IMG/VR virus record: IMGVR_UViG_3300029286_002355
Span: 96,001 to 160,000 of that record
Length of the DNA: 64,000 bases
Strand: one strand, 5' to 3'
Source: a virus
The notes under the pieces are model-generated. The model saw only the letters and a list, made by a program, of their open reading frames with translations. It was not told the origin of the DNA and made no database searches. A program made the translations under genes and the position numbers. Positions within the stretch are counted from its first letter, which is position 1, and each line of letters begins with the position of its first letter. This document shows positions 19,614 through 28,178 of this stretch, piece by piece.

Positions 19614-21823
19614 AACGCAAATTCCTTTCGCAACGCCTCTTTCTCGCTATCCACTTGTTTCCTAAACTCTTCTTGCTTTTTTCTTTCCTCAATTGAAAGA
19701 ATAATACTAAATTCATGCTCAATCTCTTCAGGAACAGTATAGGTCTTTTCAATTCTAGGCGGTGGGACAGTAATCATCTTGCCATCATAGGTTTCCTCAT
19801 TGAATATCTCATAAGGGCAATACCCAATATCGGACTGAATCTGATCCACCATTCTCTCAATATTGTTTCTGTTAATATCGCTAAATCCACAATACTTTGG
19901 CATAATAACATAACAGAATGGCTTATAGAACTTCCCTTTATAGCAATCCGAAGGAACGATCAATCCTTTGGACAATCTTTCTCTATCAAAAGGATGAAGT
20001 CTCATTCCCCTACCCAAAGCCTGACTTGAAGTAATATCACTCATGTCTCCAAAGGGAAGAATAGCATTAATCCCCGGCACATCCCATCCTTCACCTACCA
20101 TTGCAATATGAAGAATAATAGCCTTTTCATCTGGTGCCTTATTCGCCAAATCTTCCATAAATTGATTTATGTTATGGGCATTAGAAGGATATGGCACTCC
20201 GTTTCTGTAAACATTCCAATCACTTGAAACGGCATAAATAGCTACATCGGGCAATTCTTTCTGATAGTTCTTGAAAGTCTTGGATTTAATCGCTTCAGAA
20301 TAAGATTTTCCACCCGGACATCTCACAAGAAGTTTTACTCCATTTGCCTTACTGTTGACAGAATGCTTGTCGTTAATCCTTGCCACTTCTTTCCAAGATT
20401 CCCATATAATGTACGCATTGAGTTCTGCATTTTTTGTAATCTCTTCCTGTGTTGCAGTAGAAATATCAACATGCTTTCTTAAAACCGCTTTGGTAATTGA
20501 CAAATGACACAAGAGAGGTCTTACAATCTTACCCAATTCAATCATTTCTTTTGGACTCTTCCTAGAAATAACTTCTCCAAACAACTCTGTATTATCCATG
20601 CCTTTGCCGTCTACAATAGGTGCATCGGGAGTTCCGCTTAACGCTTGTGTTGCAGTATAAAAGACCGTTAATGGGGAAAGCATCTTGGCTTCTTTAGAAA
20701 TAACCGATTCCCTACTCTTTTGAGGAATACTTCTTCCTTTCACTATATTATGGGCTTCATCGCAGTTAATCAAGTCAAACTTCATTCCTGACTCAATAAT
20801 CTTATAAACTGAATGATATGTTGTGAAAATAAGGGCTAGTCCATTTGAATCATTCACAGCCTTATTTAGTTGTTCTATATTAGTGGTATTTACCACTTCT
20901 TCTATGCCAGTATTCATTCTGGCTAGATTATCATTGTCATAGTCGCCAGAAGTAAAATTAACTACTGTCACGTTATCAATCCCATACTGCTTAAGGCGAT
21001 TGATTATCTTCTTTATTCCTTGCTTTCCAAGAGTAATTCTAGGCGAAACAAAAAGGATTTTAGAATGAGGCTTGTATTTTAATACATCACCAGACAACTC
21101 AATTGAATACTCCATCATAATTTCATTTTTGCCAGTTCCAGTAGGCCAAATAACTTGATATCTACCCTGCTTTTTACTTAGCAATGCCTTAATTGCTTCC
21201 ACTTGGTATGCGTCTGGAACAAAATCCATTGAACATGATAAAACTTCATTGACGGCATTTTCCAAAGATTCCCTATATGCCTTCCAAAAACCAATATTAC
21301 CATCAACCAAAGACTTAATCTCGTTAATTCCGTAAAATTGAGTTTTCTCTGGCAAAACAAAGTTCTTTATAGTGTTTTCATGAATCGCAACAGAATCAGA
21401 AAATATATTGAAAACTTTTTCATCGGCAGACAAATCAAATCCGTCAAGATAGCATGATTGAGAAAAGTATTCAGTAAGTTGACTGTTGCCATCCGTCATA
21501 AACTCTTTGCCATTAAAGGCGAAGAAAGCAGTTACAACCTTGCCATTTCTCTTGCCAAGACCATGAGCCTTATATTTATGATTAATCGAATTAATATTTT
21601 CGTAATCACTTATGCCAATTTTATCTCCAAAATAAAGTATCAATGCTTCCACAAAAGACTGAAAGCCACTCTCAATAAAGTCTTTAGCCGTTTTACTTTC
21701 TAGTGAAAGTTTCCTAAGATTTTGTCCAAATCCGTCAAAGGACAAATCAGAAGGCATCAAATTACCAGCATTAGAGACGCTTCCATTAAGGATTTTGAAT
21801 TTGAATATATGATTTGTTTTCAT
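19610..21823 (-). CDS. SF2 (DEAH) helicase/ATPase resembling restriction-modification Res/R subunits
   Basis: WPTGTGKNE (I), NCDEAH (II), YTAT (III), MVGEGWDVP (V), QALGRGMR (VI). Start set at ATG 21823 (ATGA overlap). Confidence 0.88.
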   Translation of the reverse strand: MKTNHIFKFKILNGSVSNAGNLMPSDLSFDGFGQNLRKLSLESKTAKDFIESGFQSFVEALILYFGDKIGISDYENINSINHKYKAHGLGKRNGKVVTAFFAFNGKEFMTDGNSQLTEYFSQSCYLDGFDLSADEKVFNIFSDSVAIHENTIKNFVLPEKTQFYGINEIKSLVDGNIGFWKAYRESLENAVNEVLSCSMDFVPDAYQVEAIKALLSKKQGRYQVIWPTGTGKNEIMMEYSIELSGDVLKYKPHSKILFVSPRITLGKQGIKKIINRLKQYGIDNVTVVNFTSGDYDNDNLARMNTGIEEVVNTTNIEQLNKAVNDSNGLALIFTTYHSVYKIIESGMKFDLINCDEAHNIVKGRSIPQKSRESVISKEAKMLSPLTVFYTATQALSGTPDAPIVDGKGMDNTELFGEVISRKSPKEMIELGKIVRPLLCHLSITKAVLRKHVDISTATQEEITKNAELNAYIIWESWKEVARINDKHSVNSKANGVKLLVRCPGGKSYSEAIKSKTFKNYQKELPDVAIYAVSSDWNVYRNGVPYPSNAHNINQFMEDLANKAPDEKAIILHIAMVGEGWDVPGINAILPFGDMSDITSSQALGRGMRLHPFDRERLSKGLIVPSDCYKGKFYKPFCYVIMPKYCGFSDINRNNIERMVDQIQSDIGYCPYEIFNEETYDGKMITVPPPRIEKTYTVPEEIEHEFSIILSIEERKKQEEFRKQVDSEKEALRKEFAL

Positions 21824-22512
21824 GCTTTCACCATTTCGCAAAATGTTTTCCAAAACGTAGGATTGTTGCCACAGACAGACTTCAAAGAACAAACTTCGGT
21901 TGGATCGTTATTTGGAAGATAAATTCCACCAGACTCTTCTTGGGCTATGAATTTCAATCTCCCATGAAAATGTCCACCTAAAGTCATCCAATTTATATCG
22001 TGAGCCAAGGTAAAGACAAACATTTGATCTCTACTTGTGGTTCCAACTCCATATTTTGAAATTGAAGTCCAATGAAAGGTTCTTAACTTTCTTTTAATAT
22101 GATCAAGGGCAGTAGACCAATTGCCATATTTGACCTGAACTGTAATAACTCTTCCGTCTTTTGTCTTGCCTGTTCCGTCCACTCCTACATCTTGATCTTC
22201 CCCGCAAACAGAAAAGAATGGAACATAATTATAAATTCCCCATGTTCTCCCATATCCTTTAAGGACATATTCTGCAAAAACTTCTGTTACGTCACCTTTG
22301 AAAGAATTCGCTCCATCCTCGCCATATTTATCAAAGAAATCAACTTTTTCTGATTTTTCTATAATTCCAACCTGTTTTTCTATTCTGGAAGCAAAACAAG
22401 ACAATGAACTACACTTCTCTAAAAGCACATCCCAACATTTAACCGCAACCTTTCTTGGATGGGTTATCGAAGTTGCCAACATATCATCGTCTAATTGGTT
22501 ATCGTTATTCAT
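21820..22512 (-). CDS. Putative restriction-endonuclease-like (Mrr-type) nuclease
   Basis: KGDVTEVFAE...DVGVDG...TVQVKY matches the E...D-x-G-x-D...Q-x-K motif of Mrr-like nucleases. Confidence 0.65.
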   Translation of the reverse strand: MNNDNQLDDDMLATSITHPRKVAVKCWDVLLEKCSSLSCFASRIEKQVGIIEKSEKVDFFDKYGEDGANSFKGDVTEVFAEYVLKGYGRTWGIYNYVPFFSVCGEDQDVGVDGTGKTKDGRVITVQVKYGNWSTALDHIKRKLRTFHWTSISKYGVGTTSRDQMFVFTLAHDINWMTLGGHFHGRLKFIAQEESGGIYLPNNDPTEVCSLKSVCGNNPTFWKTFCEMVKA

Positions 22513-23195
22513 TCTATTCCTTTCTCAATTGTTGGCGTCATCATACCAGAACCATTGAGTAAGTCAAGCTCTTTCTGCAATTTTTTCTCTTTTCTTCGTT
22601 TTGCTGACCTTTTCCCGTAAAGTCGCCCTGAGAAAACAGCCATAAGCATCATAATATCTTGAACTAATTCCTCTTCATCATTAGAAGACGTAGATTCAAC
22701 CTTCTCTATTTCAACACCATAACTATCAAAAAATCTCACTAATACATTAAATTGGAAACGTGTCAATCTATCTTTATGCTCTACAATTACTTTAGATACT
22801 TTCTTCTGAATTACAAGATCAAATAATTTGTTAAATCCACTTCTTGTATCCGACAATCCCGAACCAACATCTTTGATAATGTGTTCAACTCTATACTTCT
22901 TTTTGGCACAGTATTCAGACAATCTTTGACTCTGCCTATCTAAATCTCCTTTTTGTTTCTGTTCATGGCTACTCACTCTAGCATAGGTAGCAACAGGAAG
23001 AAGATTTCTATTTACTTCTTCCTCTTTAATTCCCATGTAAGAATTAATATCGCTCTGCTTATACCTACGATGACCACCTTTTGTTCTAACTGGCTTTAGA
23101 GTTCCATCGGCGTCCCAATTCCTTAAGGTTTCTTGGGATACATTGAGTCTAAGGCAAGTTTCCGCCATACTAAGGAGTTTATCTTTTTCTAGCAT
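22509..23195 (-). CDS. tnpA: IS607-family transposase (MerR-type HTH plus serine recombinase)
   Basis: LSMAETCLRLNVSQETLRNWD...RTKGGHRRY HTH, then YARVSS (catalytic Ser), DVGSGL, VEHKDRLTRF, ELVQDIM...FSGRLYGKRS. Confidence 0.96.
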   Translation of the reverse strand: MLEKDKLLSMAETCLRLNVSQETLRNWDADGTLKPVRTKGGHRRYKQSDINSYMGIKEEEVNRNLLPVATYARVSSHEQKQKGDLDRQSQRLSEYCAKKKYRVEHIIKDVGSGLSDTRSGFNKLFDLVIQKKVSKVIVEHKDRLTRFQFNVLVRFFDSYGVEIEKVESTSSNDEEELVQDIMMLMAVFSGRLYGKRSAKRRKEKKLQKELDLLNGSGMMTPTIEKGIE

Positions 23196-23418
23196 TTCGC
23201 TTCTCCTTTTCTGACTTTTTAATGAATTCAGATATAAGCGACTTGGAATCGTTTATAAATTTTTGGAATTCTTCTAGTGTTGGCTCATATCCCAAATCAA
23301 ACGGAATTGGGTAAATGTCTCCCGTATCTAGTTCAAATTCTGTTTTAGAGACTCTAACGACCTTATGATTTTTATTTTCCATATCTTTAATTATCCTTGC
23401 AAATTTTGATGATTTCAT
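23179..23418 (-). CDS. Small hypothetical protein at the left end of the IS607 element
   Basis: 79-aa ORF overlapping the tnpA start, with an AAAGGAG SD; lies inside the mapped element ends. Confidence 0.7.
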   Translation of the reverse strand: MKSSKFARIIKDMENKNHKVVRVSKTEFELDTGDIYPIPFDLGYEPTLEEFQKFINDSKSLISEFIKKSEKEKRNARKR

Positions 23419-23492
23419 TTTTCATACTCCTTTATTCTATATTATACTGCGAAATTCCTGCAAGAAAATGAAAATATTTTTTAGGTGTTTGT

Positions 23493-23508
23493 AGATTTTT
23501 GTAGGTTT
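23493..23508 (-). repeat. Left-end subterminal repeat of the IS607 element
   Basis: On the minus strand AAACCTACAAAAATCT continues into ACAAACACCTAAAAA, giving short CTACAAA-like direct repeats as expected for IS607 TnpA binding arrays. Confidence 0.8.
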
Positions 23509-23524
23509 TCATTCAACGGTTGCC

Positions 23525-23563
23525 AACCCTCTTCAAAAGAGATATGTTTTCGATAATTTCCAT
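23525..23563 (-). pseudogene. def: Orphaned 5' fragment of def (MEIIENISLLKRV)
   Basis: ATG at 23563, one base after the radical-SAM stop, with a GAGGTG SD. Joins in frame to VSEIVTSIEEA at 16030 through the shared GGTT. Confidence 0.85.
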
Positions 23564-23564
23564 A

Positions 23565-24308
23565 TTACACCTCTCTTACTTTTACTTCGTTTGTATATTC
23601 CATAGCTACACTGGCAAGATATTTTATTTCTATATCGTCATATAAAGGAATATTTTTCGCTTTTTTTGACAACATGGTTTTCGTTTTTCTAAAAGGTTGT
23701 AAAATCCACTTTTCTTCCTTCTGCAAAGCCATTCCAATGTACCTAATGGCTTTCTCGTCTACTAGCGAAGGATAAAGTGTGGTTCTAATTTCATAGTTAA
23801 AAGAGTCATGAAAATGTTTTTTAGCCCTTAGTTTCCCTAGGCTTGTAAAAACGCTATCAAAAAGACCCAATTTAGTCTTATTGCCCGTCTTTCCCGCCAA
23901 TAAGTTATCATATCTATCTTTATCCGTTTTGATATCCAACGTAACATAATCCACAAAAGATAAAATCATAGATAGTTTGTTAAATTCTAATCCATTGGTT
24001 GACAGAGCTATTTTGCAACCCCATTTTTTTATTTCATAAACCATAGACATAATTTCAAAGATAGATCTATATAAGGGTTCCCCACCACTTATACCTACCC
24101 ATTTGCAATCGTTTTCTTTTACAAACAGTTTTACTTCATCCAAACTAATATCGGGCTTAATATTTTCCCCCGTAACCAGTCTTGAATTCATGCAATAAGG
24201 GCAGCGTAATTGGCAGTTTCTAAGAAAAACAGAAGGCGCAAAGGCATCTGGCCCTGCTTCACTACTTTTGTTAAAGCCATATATTTTCGGTAACAATTGG
24301 CAAATCAT
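23565..24308 (-). CDS. Radical SAM protein, anaerobic ribonucleotide reductase activase (NrdG/PflA-like)
   Basis: FLRNCQLRCPYCMN (CxxxCxxC), ISGGEP, LSTNG, YEIRTT. Confidence 0.88.
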   Translation of the reverse strand: MICQLLPKIYGFNKSSEAGPDAFAPSVFLRNCQLRCPYCMNSRLVTGENIKPDISLDEVKLFVKENDCKWVGISGGEPLYRSIFEIMSMVYEIKKWGCKIALSTNGLEFNKLSMILSFVDYVTLDIKTDKDRYDNLLAGKTGNKTKLGLFDSVFTSLGKLRAKKHFHDSFNYEIRTTLYPSLVDEKAIRYIGMALQKEEKWILQPFRKTKTMLSKKAKNIPLYDDIEIKYLASVAMEYTNEVKVREV

Positions 24309-25189
24309 GGGATATCTCCTTCGTCATCACCCAAACAAAAATCATCTAAATCATTTTCTTCGTTATCCACGCCTAAAAACGTACTTGTCCCCATGGTTGC
24401 ATTTGTTGGACTAACCCCCAAAAGTTCTTCTAGCACTTGAGCCGCCTCAGAATTTTGTATATGGATAGTAGAATTTCCAGAAATGAAACTAGTAATTGCT
24501 CCTATAGGATCTCCATTGTGTAAACCCATTGCTTCTGCTATTTCTGCTGACCCAATAGTAACTGGAATTCCAGCGTTTACACTAATCGTAAATGGATTTT
24601 GTATATCTGCTTGTGAAAGACTATGGGTATTTACAGAAGCTCCTACGGGAATTTCGTACAGATTAAAGATGTTACGGTTTTCTTTCTCTTCGTCTTTATC
24701 TCCGTGACGATAAACGAAAAACGCCTTATCTCTTATAGAAGCCGATTTCTTAATTGCATCATAAAGTAGCTGTCTGTGGCATTTAGATTTTCCACTTGTA
24801 TTTTCCCAACAACATAAAAAATACAATGTGTCTTGATTTAACGTTTCTATCCAATCCTTTACTGAATCTTTTCTCAGTCTAAGTAATTTTAGATATTCTT
24901 TGGTATAAGAGTCCCAGTCTTTGTCGCTTTTATATTTGCTCAAAATTTCATAGGTTGGACATAGACAGTTTATCCTTACCAAATCCCCGCAGCATTTTTT
25001 GATTTCGGGTAAATTTTTACAATCAGGATGGGATAGTGCTATAGAATAAACCTTATAGTTTAAGGGCTTATCTTTTTCTGAAATCAATCTGCAGCGATAG
25101 AGTTTGGCTCCTTCGGAAAAAATAAAATATCCATTTTTGATGATGGAATTAACGTCCCAAAAATTACTAAATACGCATACTGGTTTCAT
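24305..25189 (-). CDS. DUF488-like protein with C-terminal extension
   Basis: LCPTYEIL...WDSYTKEY...LCCWE...CHRQLL pattern. Confidence 0.6.
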   Translation of the reverse strand: MKPVCVFSNFWDVNSIIKNGYFIFSEGAKLYRCRLISEKDKPLNYKVYSIALSHPDCKNLPEIKKCCGDLVRINCLCPTYEILSKYKSDKDWDSYTKEYLKLLRLRKDSVKDWIETLNQDTLYFLCCWENTSGKSKCHRQLLYDAIKKSASIRDKAFFVYRHGDKDEEKENRNIFNLYEIPVGASVNTHSLSQADIQNPFTISVNAGIPVTIGSAEIAEAMGLHNGDPIGAITSFISGNSTIHIQNSEAAQVLEELLGVSPTNATMGTSTFLGVDNEENDLDDFCLGDDEGDIP

Positions 25190-25431
25190 AAATTCCTTAT
25201 GGCTTTTTCTATTTCATCATATTCAAAATGTTTACCCTGAAAAATTTTATCTCCTATTACGCAAGAAGGTAAATCGTCTATTCCGTGTTTTATAGCGATA
25301 TCAATAGCTGCCCTTGTTGTGCTCTTAACCTCTTTGATTTCAATTTTTCTATCCGATATAGCCGTTTTGAGAAAGCCCTTCATTCTTTCGCAATCTGGGC
25401 ATCCATCAGCATATATAAATAGAATTTCCAT
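25186..25431 (-). CDS. Small thioredoxin/glutaredoxin-fold protein
   Basis: YADGCPDCERM (CxxC), ...LPSCVI. Confidence 0.8.
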   Translation of the reverse strand: MEILFIYADGCPDCERMKGFLKTAISDRKIEIKEVKSTTRAAIDIAIKHGIDDLPSCVIGDKIFQGKHFEYDEIEKAIRNL

Positions 25432-25455
25432 ATTGTAGTAGGGTTTGATATTTTT

Positions 25456-25668
25456 TCAAGGCTTTTCGTCCAATAATTCTTCAAATATTTCAAGTGGTCT
25501 TCTACCCCTTACTTTGAATTTATCAGCTATCATAAGCATTTGTTTGGCAGTAGGACACCAACAGGGATTAAAAACAAGGTGAAATTTCATCCACCTCTTC
25601 ATTTCGCCTACACCATCATAGGTTGGAATATCAAACAGAAGAAGTTGATCTGGCGTACTGAGTTTCAT
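25456..25668 (-). CDS. Hypothetical protein
   Basis: 70-aa ORF with an ATGA overlap. Confidence 0.5.
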   Translation of the reverse strand: MKLSTPDQLLLFDIPTYDGVGEMKRWMKFHLVFNPCWCPTAKQMLMIADKFKVRGRRPLEIFEELLDEKP

Positions 25669-25940
25669 TTGTATTCTAGCTTCTGTTCGGAACTAGAACG
25701 GATCAAATCTAAATTTAGAACCTTACCCATTCTAGTTTCTTTTATTATATCAACGTATTTTTCCATTTCTTTATCTATCTCTTCTGCGGTTCTCTTCCCA
25801 AAAGAAGCAATTTCATTTCGGTGCTCTTGCATTCTTATTTTTCTACCATCATCTAATTCGTACACATATAAAACCGATTCTGCTTCTTTAACGTATTTAA
25901 CGCTAATGAGTCTGGCTTTTACTTTTTTAATCTCTGGCAT
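25665..25940 (-). CDS. Hypothetical protein
   Basis: 91-aa ORF in the operon. Confidence 0.6.
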   Translation of the reverse strand: MPEIKKVKARLISVKYVKEAESVLYVYELDDGRKIRMQEHRNEIASFGKRTAEEIDKEMEKYVDIIKETRMGKVLNLDLIRSSSEQKLEYK

Positions 25941-25942
25941 TA

Positions 25943-26764
25943 CTACACCTTTGCTTTTTCTATTAAACCCCTTACCAACTTGTCCACCCTGTCCTTAAAC
26001 GAGTTTTTAAGAACCTCCTTAAACACTTTGATCTGATCTTCCATGATTTCCTTATTGGCCTTTAAAATGAAAGTGGTTAAATTAGATAGTCCATCTTCGC
26101 CATAGACGCTTAAAAGAAGCCAATCGTGGAATGTACGATAATTTTCCCTTTGCTTTATTTGTAGCTCTGAAAATGTTCCTATTTTTTTATCTAGATCATT
26201 TAACTGTTGATATAGCTTTTCTATAAGTTCTTCGGTAAGCGGAACACTTTCATCAACACGTTTTACACAGTTACATTGGGTGCTTAGTGGCAATTCTCCT
26301 CTCTGAATGTTGTATTTTGCGTAAGCTTTTTCGAATTTGTCTACACGACGATTGTAAATGTCATCGGGCCACAATCCATACATTCTGCATGACAATGGAC
26401 GATCTTTATAAACTGTGCATCTTCCTTCTTTGCTCAACAACATACAGGGTTTAACCATGGTTTCCATACCCCACTTAGCATATTCGTATCTGAAGAAATA
26501 TTCAACGCTAGTGCATACAATATCTAATATTTCTTCTATGTTCTTGGTTTCATATATAGTAGAAAGTATTTGAAGAAATTCAGAATAGTTAATTTGCGGC
26601 ATGGCAACCTTGCAACAAATATTTTGCTGCTTGCACGTGCTTTCCAAATTTATACTATCGTGGTATATGCTCTGTAAAACACTTTGTAAGTTGGTTCTTT
26701 TTCTAGCAATTTCAGACAACCTCTTCTGCCCTAGTTTCTTATGCTTTTTTGATTTATTTCCCAT
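25943..26764 (-). CDS. YkgJ-family Cys-cluster (Fe-S/Zn) protein
   Basis: CKQQNICC...CMLL...CTVYKDRPLSCRMY. Confidence 0.8.
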   Translation of the reverse strand: MGNKSKKHKKLGQKRLSEIARKRTNLQSVLQSIYHDSINLESTCKQQNICCKVAMPQINYSEFLQILSTIYETKNIEEILDIVCTSVEYFFRYEYAKWGMETMVKPCMLLSKEGRCTVYKDRPLSCRMYGLWPDDIYNRRVDKFEKAYAKYNIQRGELPLSTQCNCVKRVDESVPLTEELIEKLYQQLNDLDKKIGTFSELQIKQRENYRTFHDWLLLSVYGEDGLSNLTTFILKANKEIMEDQIKVFKEVLKNSFKDRVDKLVRGLIEKAKV

Positions 26765-26794
26765 GGTTCTCCTTTATAATATTATACAATAACT

Positions 26795-28111
26795 CTACTT
26801 TTTAATATATGGCAACAGTCCTAATACTTCTACTTTTTTTAATTTTTTTACAATAAACTCAAATTTTGCTCCCAACACTTTTTCAACATAGTGTTTTTTA
26901 ATAACAATTCTCCGAAGGTACGACTTCCAAAACTTAAATGTGGAATCAAACCCAGTTACCTCAACATATTTATTTTCTTTTGGAAAATAAAAATCATATC
27001 TACAAGAACCTAACCCTCCATACTTCTTATTGTACGAAAAGTTAATTTTCTGAATTCGATATTGGATATAAAAATAAGCATCAATCATAGACGAGCAAAC
27101 AGTTCCATCGTCTAACATAACCCCATTACAAGACGGACAACCGTTGCCGTCAACTCTTCCCATTATTCTAGCTTTCCATTCAAAGCCACACCTACTGCAT
27201 TTCCACCATACGGATAAATTGCTCCCCCAACTAACATCAAACGGAGTTAATTTTCCATTTTTGGTTGGATGCCATTCTCTTGATAACTCTAGATTTTTAG
27301 ATCCTAATGAGTCACACTTAAAGCAAGACTTTAATCCTTTATTCCTCGCAAGGATTGATGCCAACCATTCGTTTTTACACTTTCCACATTTCCACCATAC
27401 TTTTCTTTTACTGCCATAAGTTACATGATACGGAGTAACACTTCCATTCTTACTGGCATTCCATTCCGAAGCCAGTCTAGGATTTTGAGAGGCTAAACAA
27501 TTACATATGGGGCAAGATTTTTCCAGAACACTCCTCGCTCTAATTTCCGCATCCCATTCGTGTCCGCATTTATTGCATTTCCACCATACTTTTTTACCGG
27601 ATCTATAATCAACATCAAACGGAGTTAATTTTCCATTTTTGGTTGGATGCCATTCTCTTGATAATCCAATTTCTTTTTCCCCCAGAGAATTACACTTAGA
27701 ACATTTTGTTATTCTATTATCTTGTGTTCTTAATAGAGGCGAAGACGCCCATTCATAACCACATTTATTACATTTCCACCATACTTTTTTACCGGATCTA
27801 AGGCTTATTTTATTAGGGGTCAAATCTCCGTTTTTGGTTGGATGCCATTCTTCTGCTAATTCTGGACATTTTTTAGACAAAGAATTATTTTCCGTAATGG
27901 CTCTCCCTATACACGATGGACAATTATAATTTCTAATTCTATTGTTTATTATTGCTTCCCATTCATAACTACACTTATTACATTTCCACCATACTTTTTT
28001 ATTACTTCTATAACAAAAATCCTTTGGAGTCAAATTTCCGTTTTTGGTTGGATGCCACTGCTCTAACAAAGTAGGACAGGAATCGCTTAAGTTTCTATGC
28101 GAATGTTTCAT
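26795..28111 (-). CDS. Zinc-ribbon repeat protein (5 repeats) with C-terminal PD-(D/E)xK-like nuclease; homing-endonuclease-like
   Basis: Five EWHPTKNGxLTP...VWWKCxxCxxEW repeats, then RYDFYFPKENKYVEV. Confidence 0.8.
   Translation of the reverse strand: MKHSHRNLSDSCPTLLEQWHPTKNGNLTPKDFCYRSNKKVWWKCNKCSYEWEAIINNRIRNYNCPSCIGRAITENNSLSKKCPELAEEWHPTKNGDLTPNKISLRSGKKVWWKCNKCGYEWASSPLLRTQDNRITKCSKCNSLGEKEIGLSREWHPTKNGKLTPFDVDYRSGKKVWWKCNKCGHEWDAEIRARSVLEKSCPICNCLASQNPRLASEWNASKNGSVTPYHVTYGSKRKVWWKCGKCKNEWLASILARNKGLKSCFKCDSLGSKNLELSREWHPTKNGKLTPFDVSWGSNLSVWWKCSRCGFEWKARIMGRVDGNGCPSCNGVMLDDGTVCSSMIDAYFYIQYRIQKINFSYNKKYGGLGSCRYDFYFPKENKYVEVTGFDSTFKFWKSYLRRIVIKKHYVEKVLGAKFEFIVKKLKKVEVLGLLPYIKK
27237..27663 (+). 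repeat. ~50-bp near-exact intragenic direct repeat (27237-27286 and 27614-27663)
   Basis: TCAAACGGAGTTAATTTTCCATTTTTGGTTGGATGCCATTCTCTTGATAA occurs twice and encodes parts of zinc-ribbon repeats 3 and 5. Confidence 0.8.
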
Positions 28112-28178
28112 GTTATAGTATTCGATAAAATCTGAATAATTCCTTTGTTTATTTTATTAGAGAAACAGATATTCGCAG

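Larger units (their letters stand above)
16030..23528 (-). mobile_element. IS607-family transposon (~7.5 kb) carrying a five-gene nuclease/helicase/methyltransferase cargo, inserted in def
   Basis: IS607 tnpA near one end and tnpB at the other. GGTT is shared at both junctions (16028-16031, 23525-23528). A perfect 16-bp subterminal inverted repeat AAACCTACAAAAATCT lies at 16040-16055 and 23493-23508. Removing the element rebuilds an in-frame def. Confidence 0.88.

Noticed and set aside
16030-23528. IS607 element as an IStron (group I intron plus IS) that splices out of def mRNA
   Set aside because: Only about 110 nt lie between the left junction and the first ORF, mostly end repeats and promoter. 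There is no room or motif for a group I catalytic core.
26795-28111. CRISPR array
   Set aside because: The repeats are in-frame protein domain repeats with degenerate, irregular spacing. No repeat-spacer array was seen anywhere in the window.
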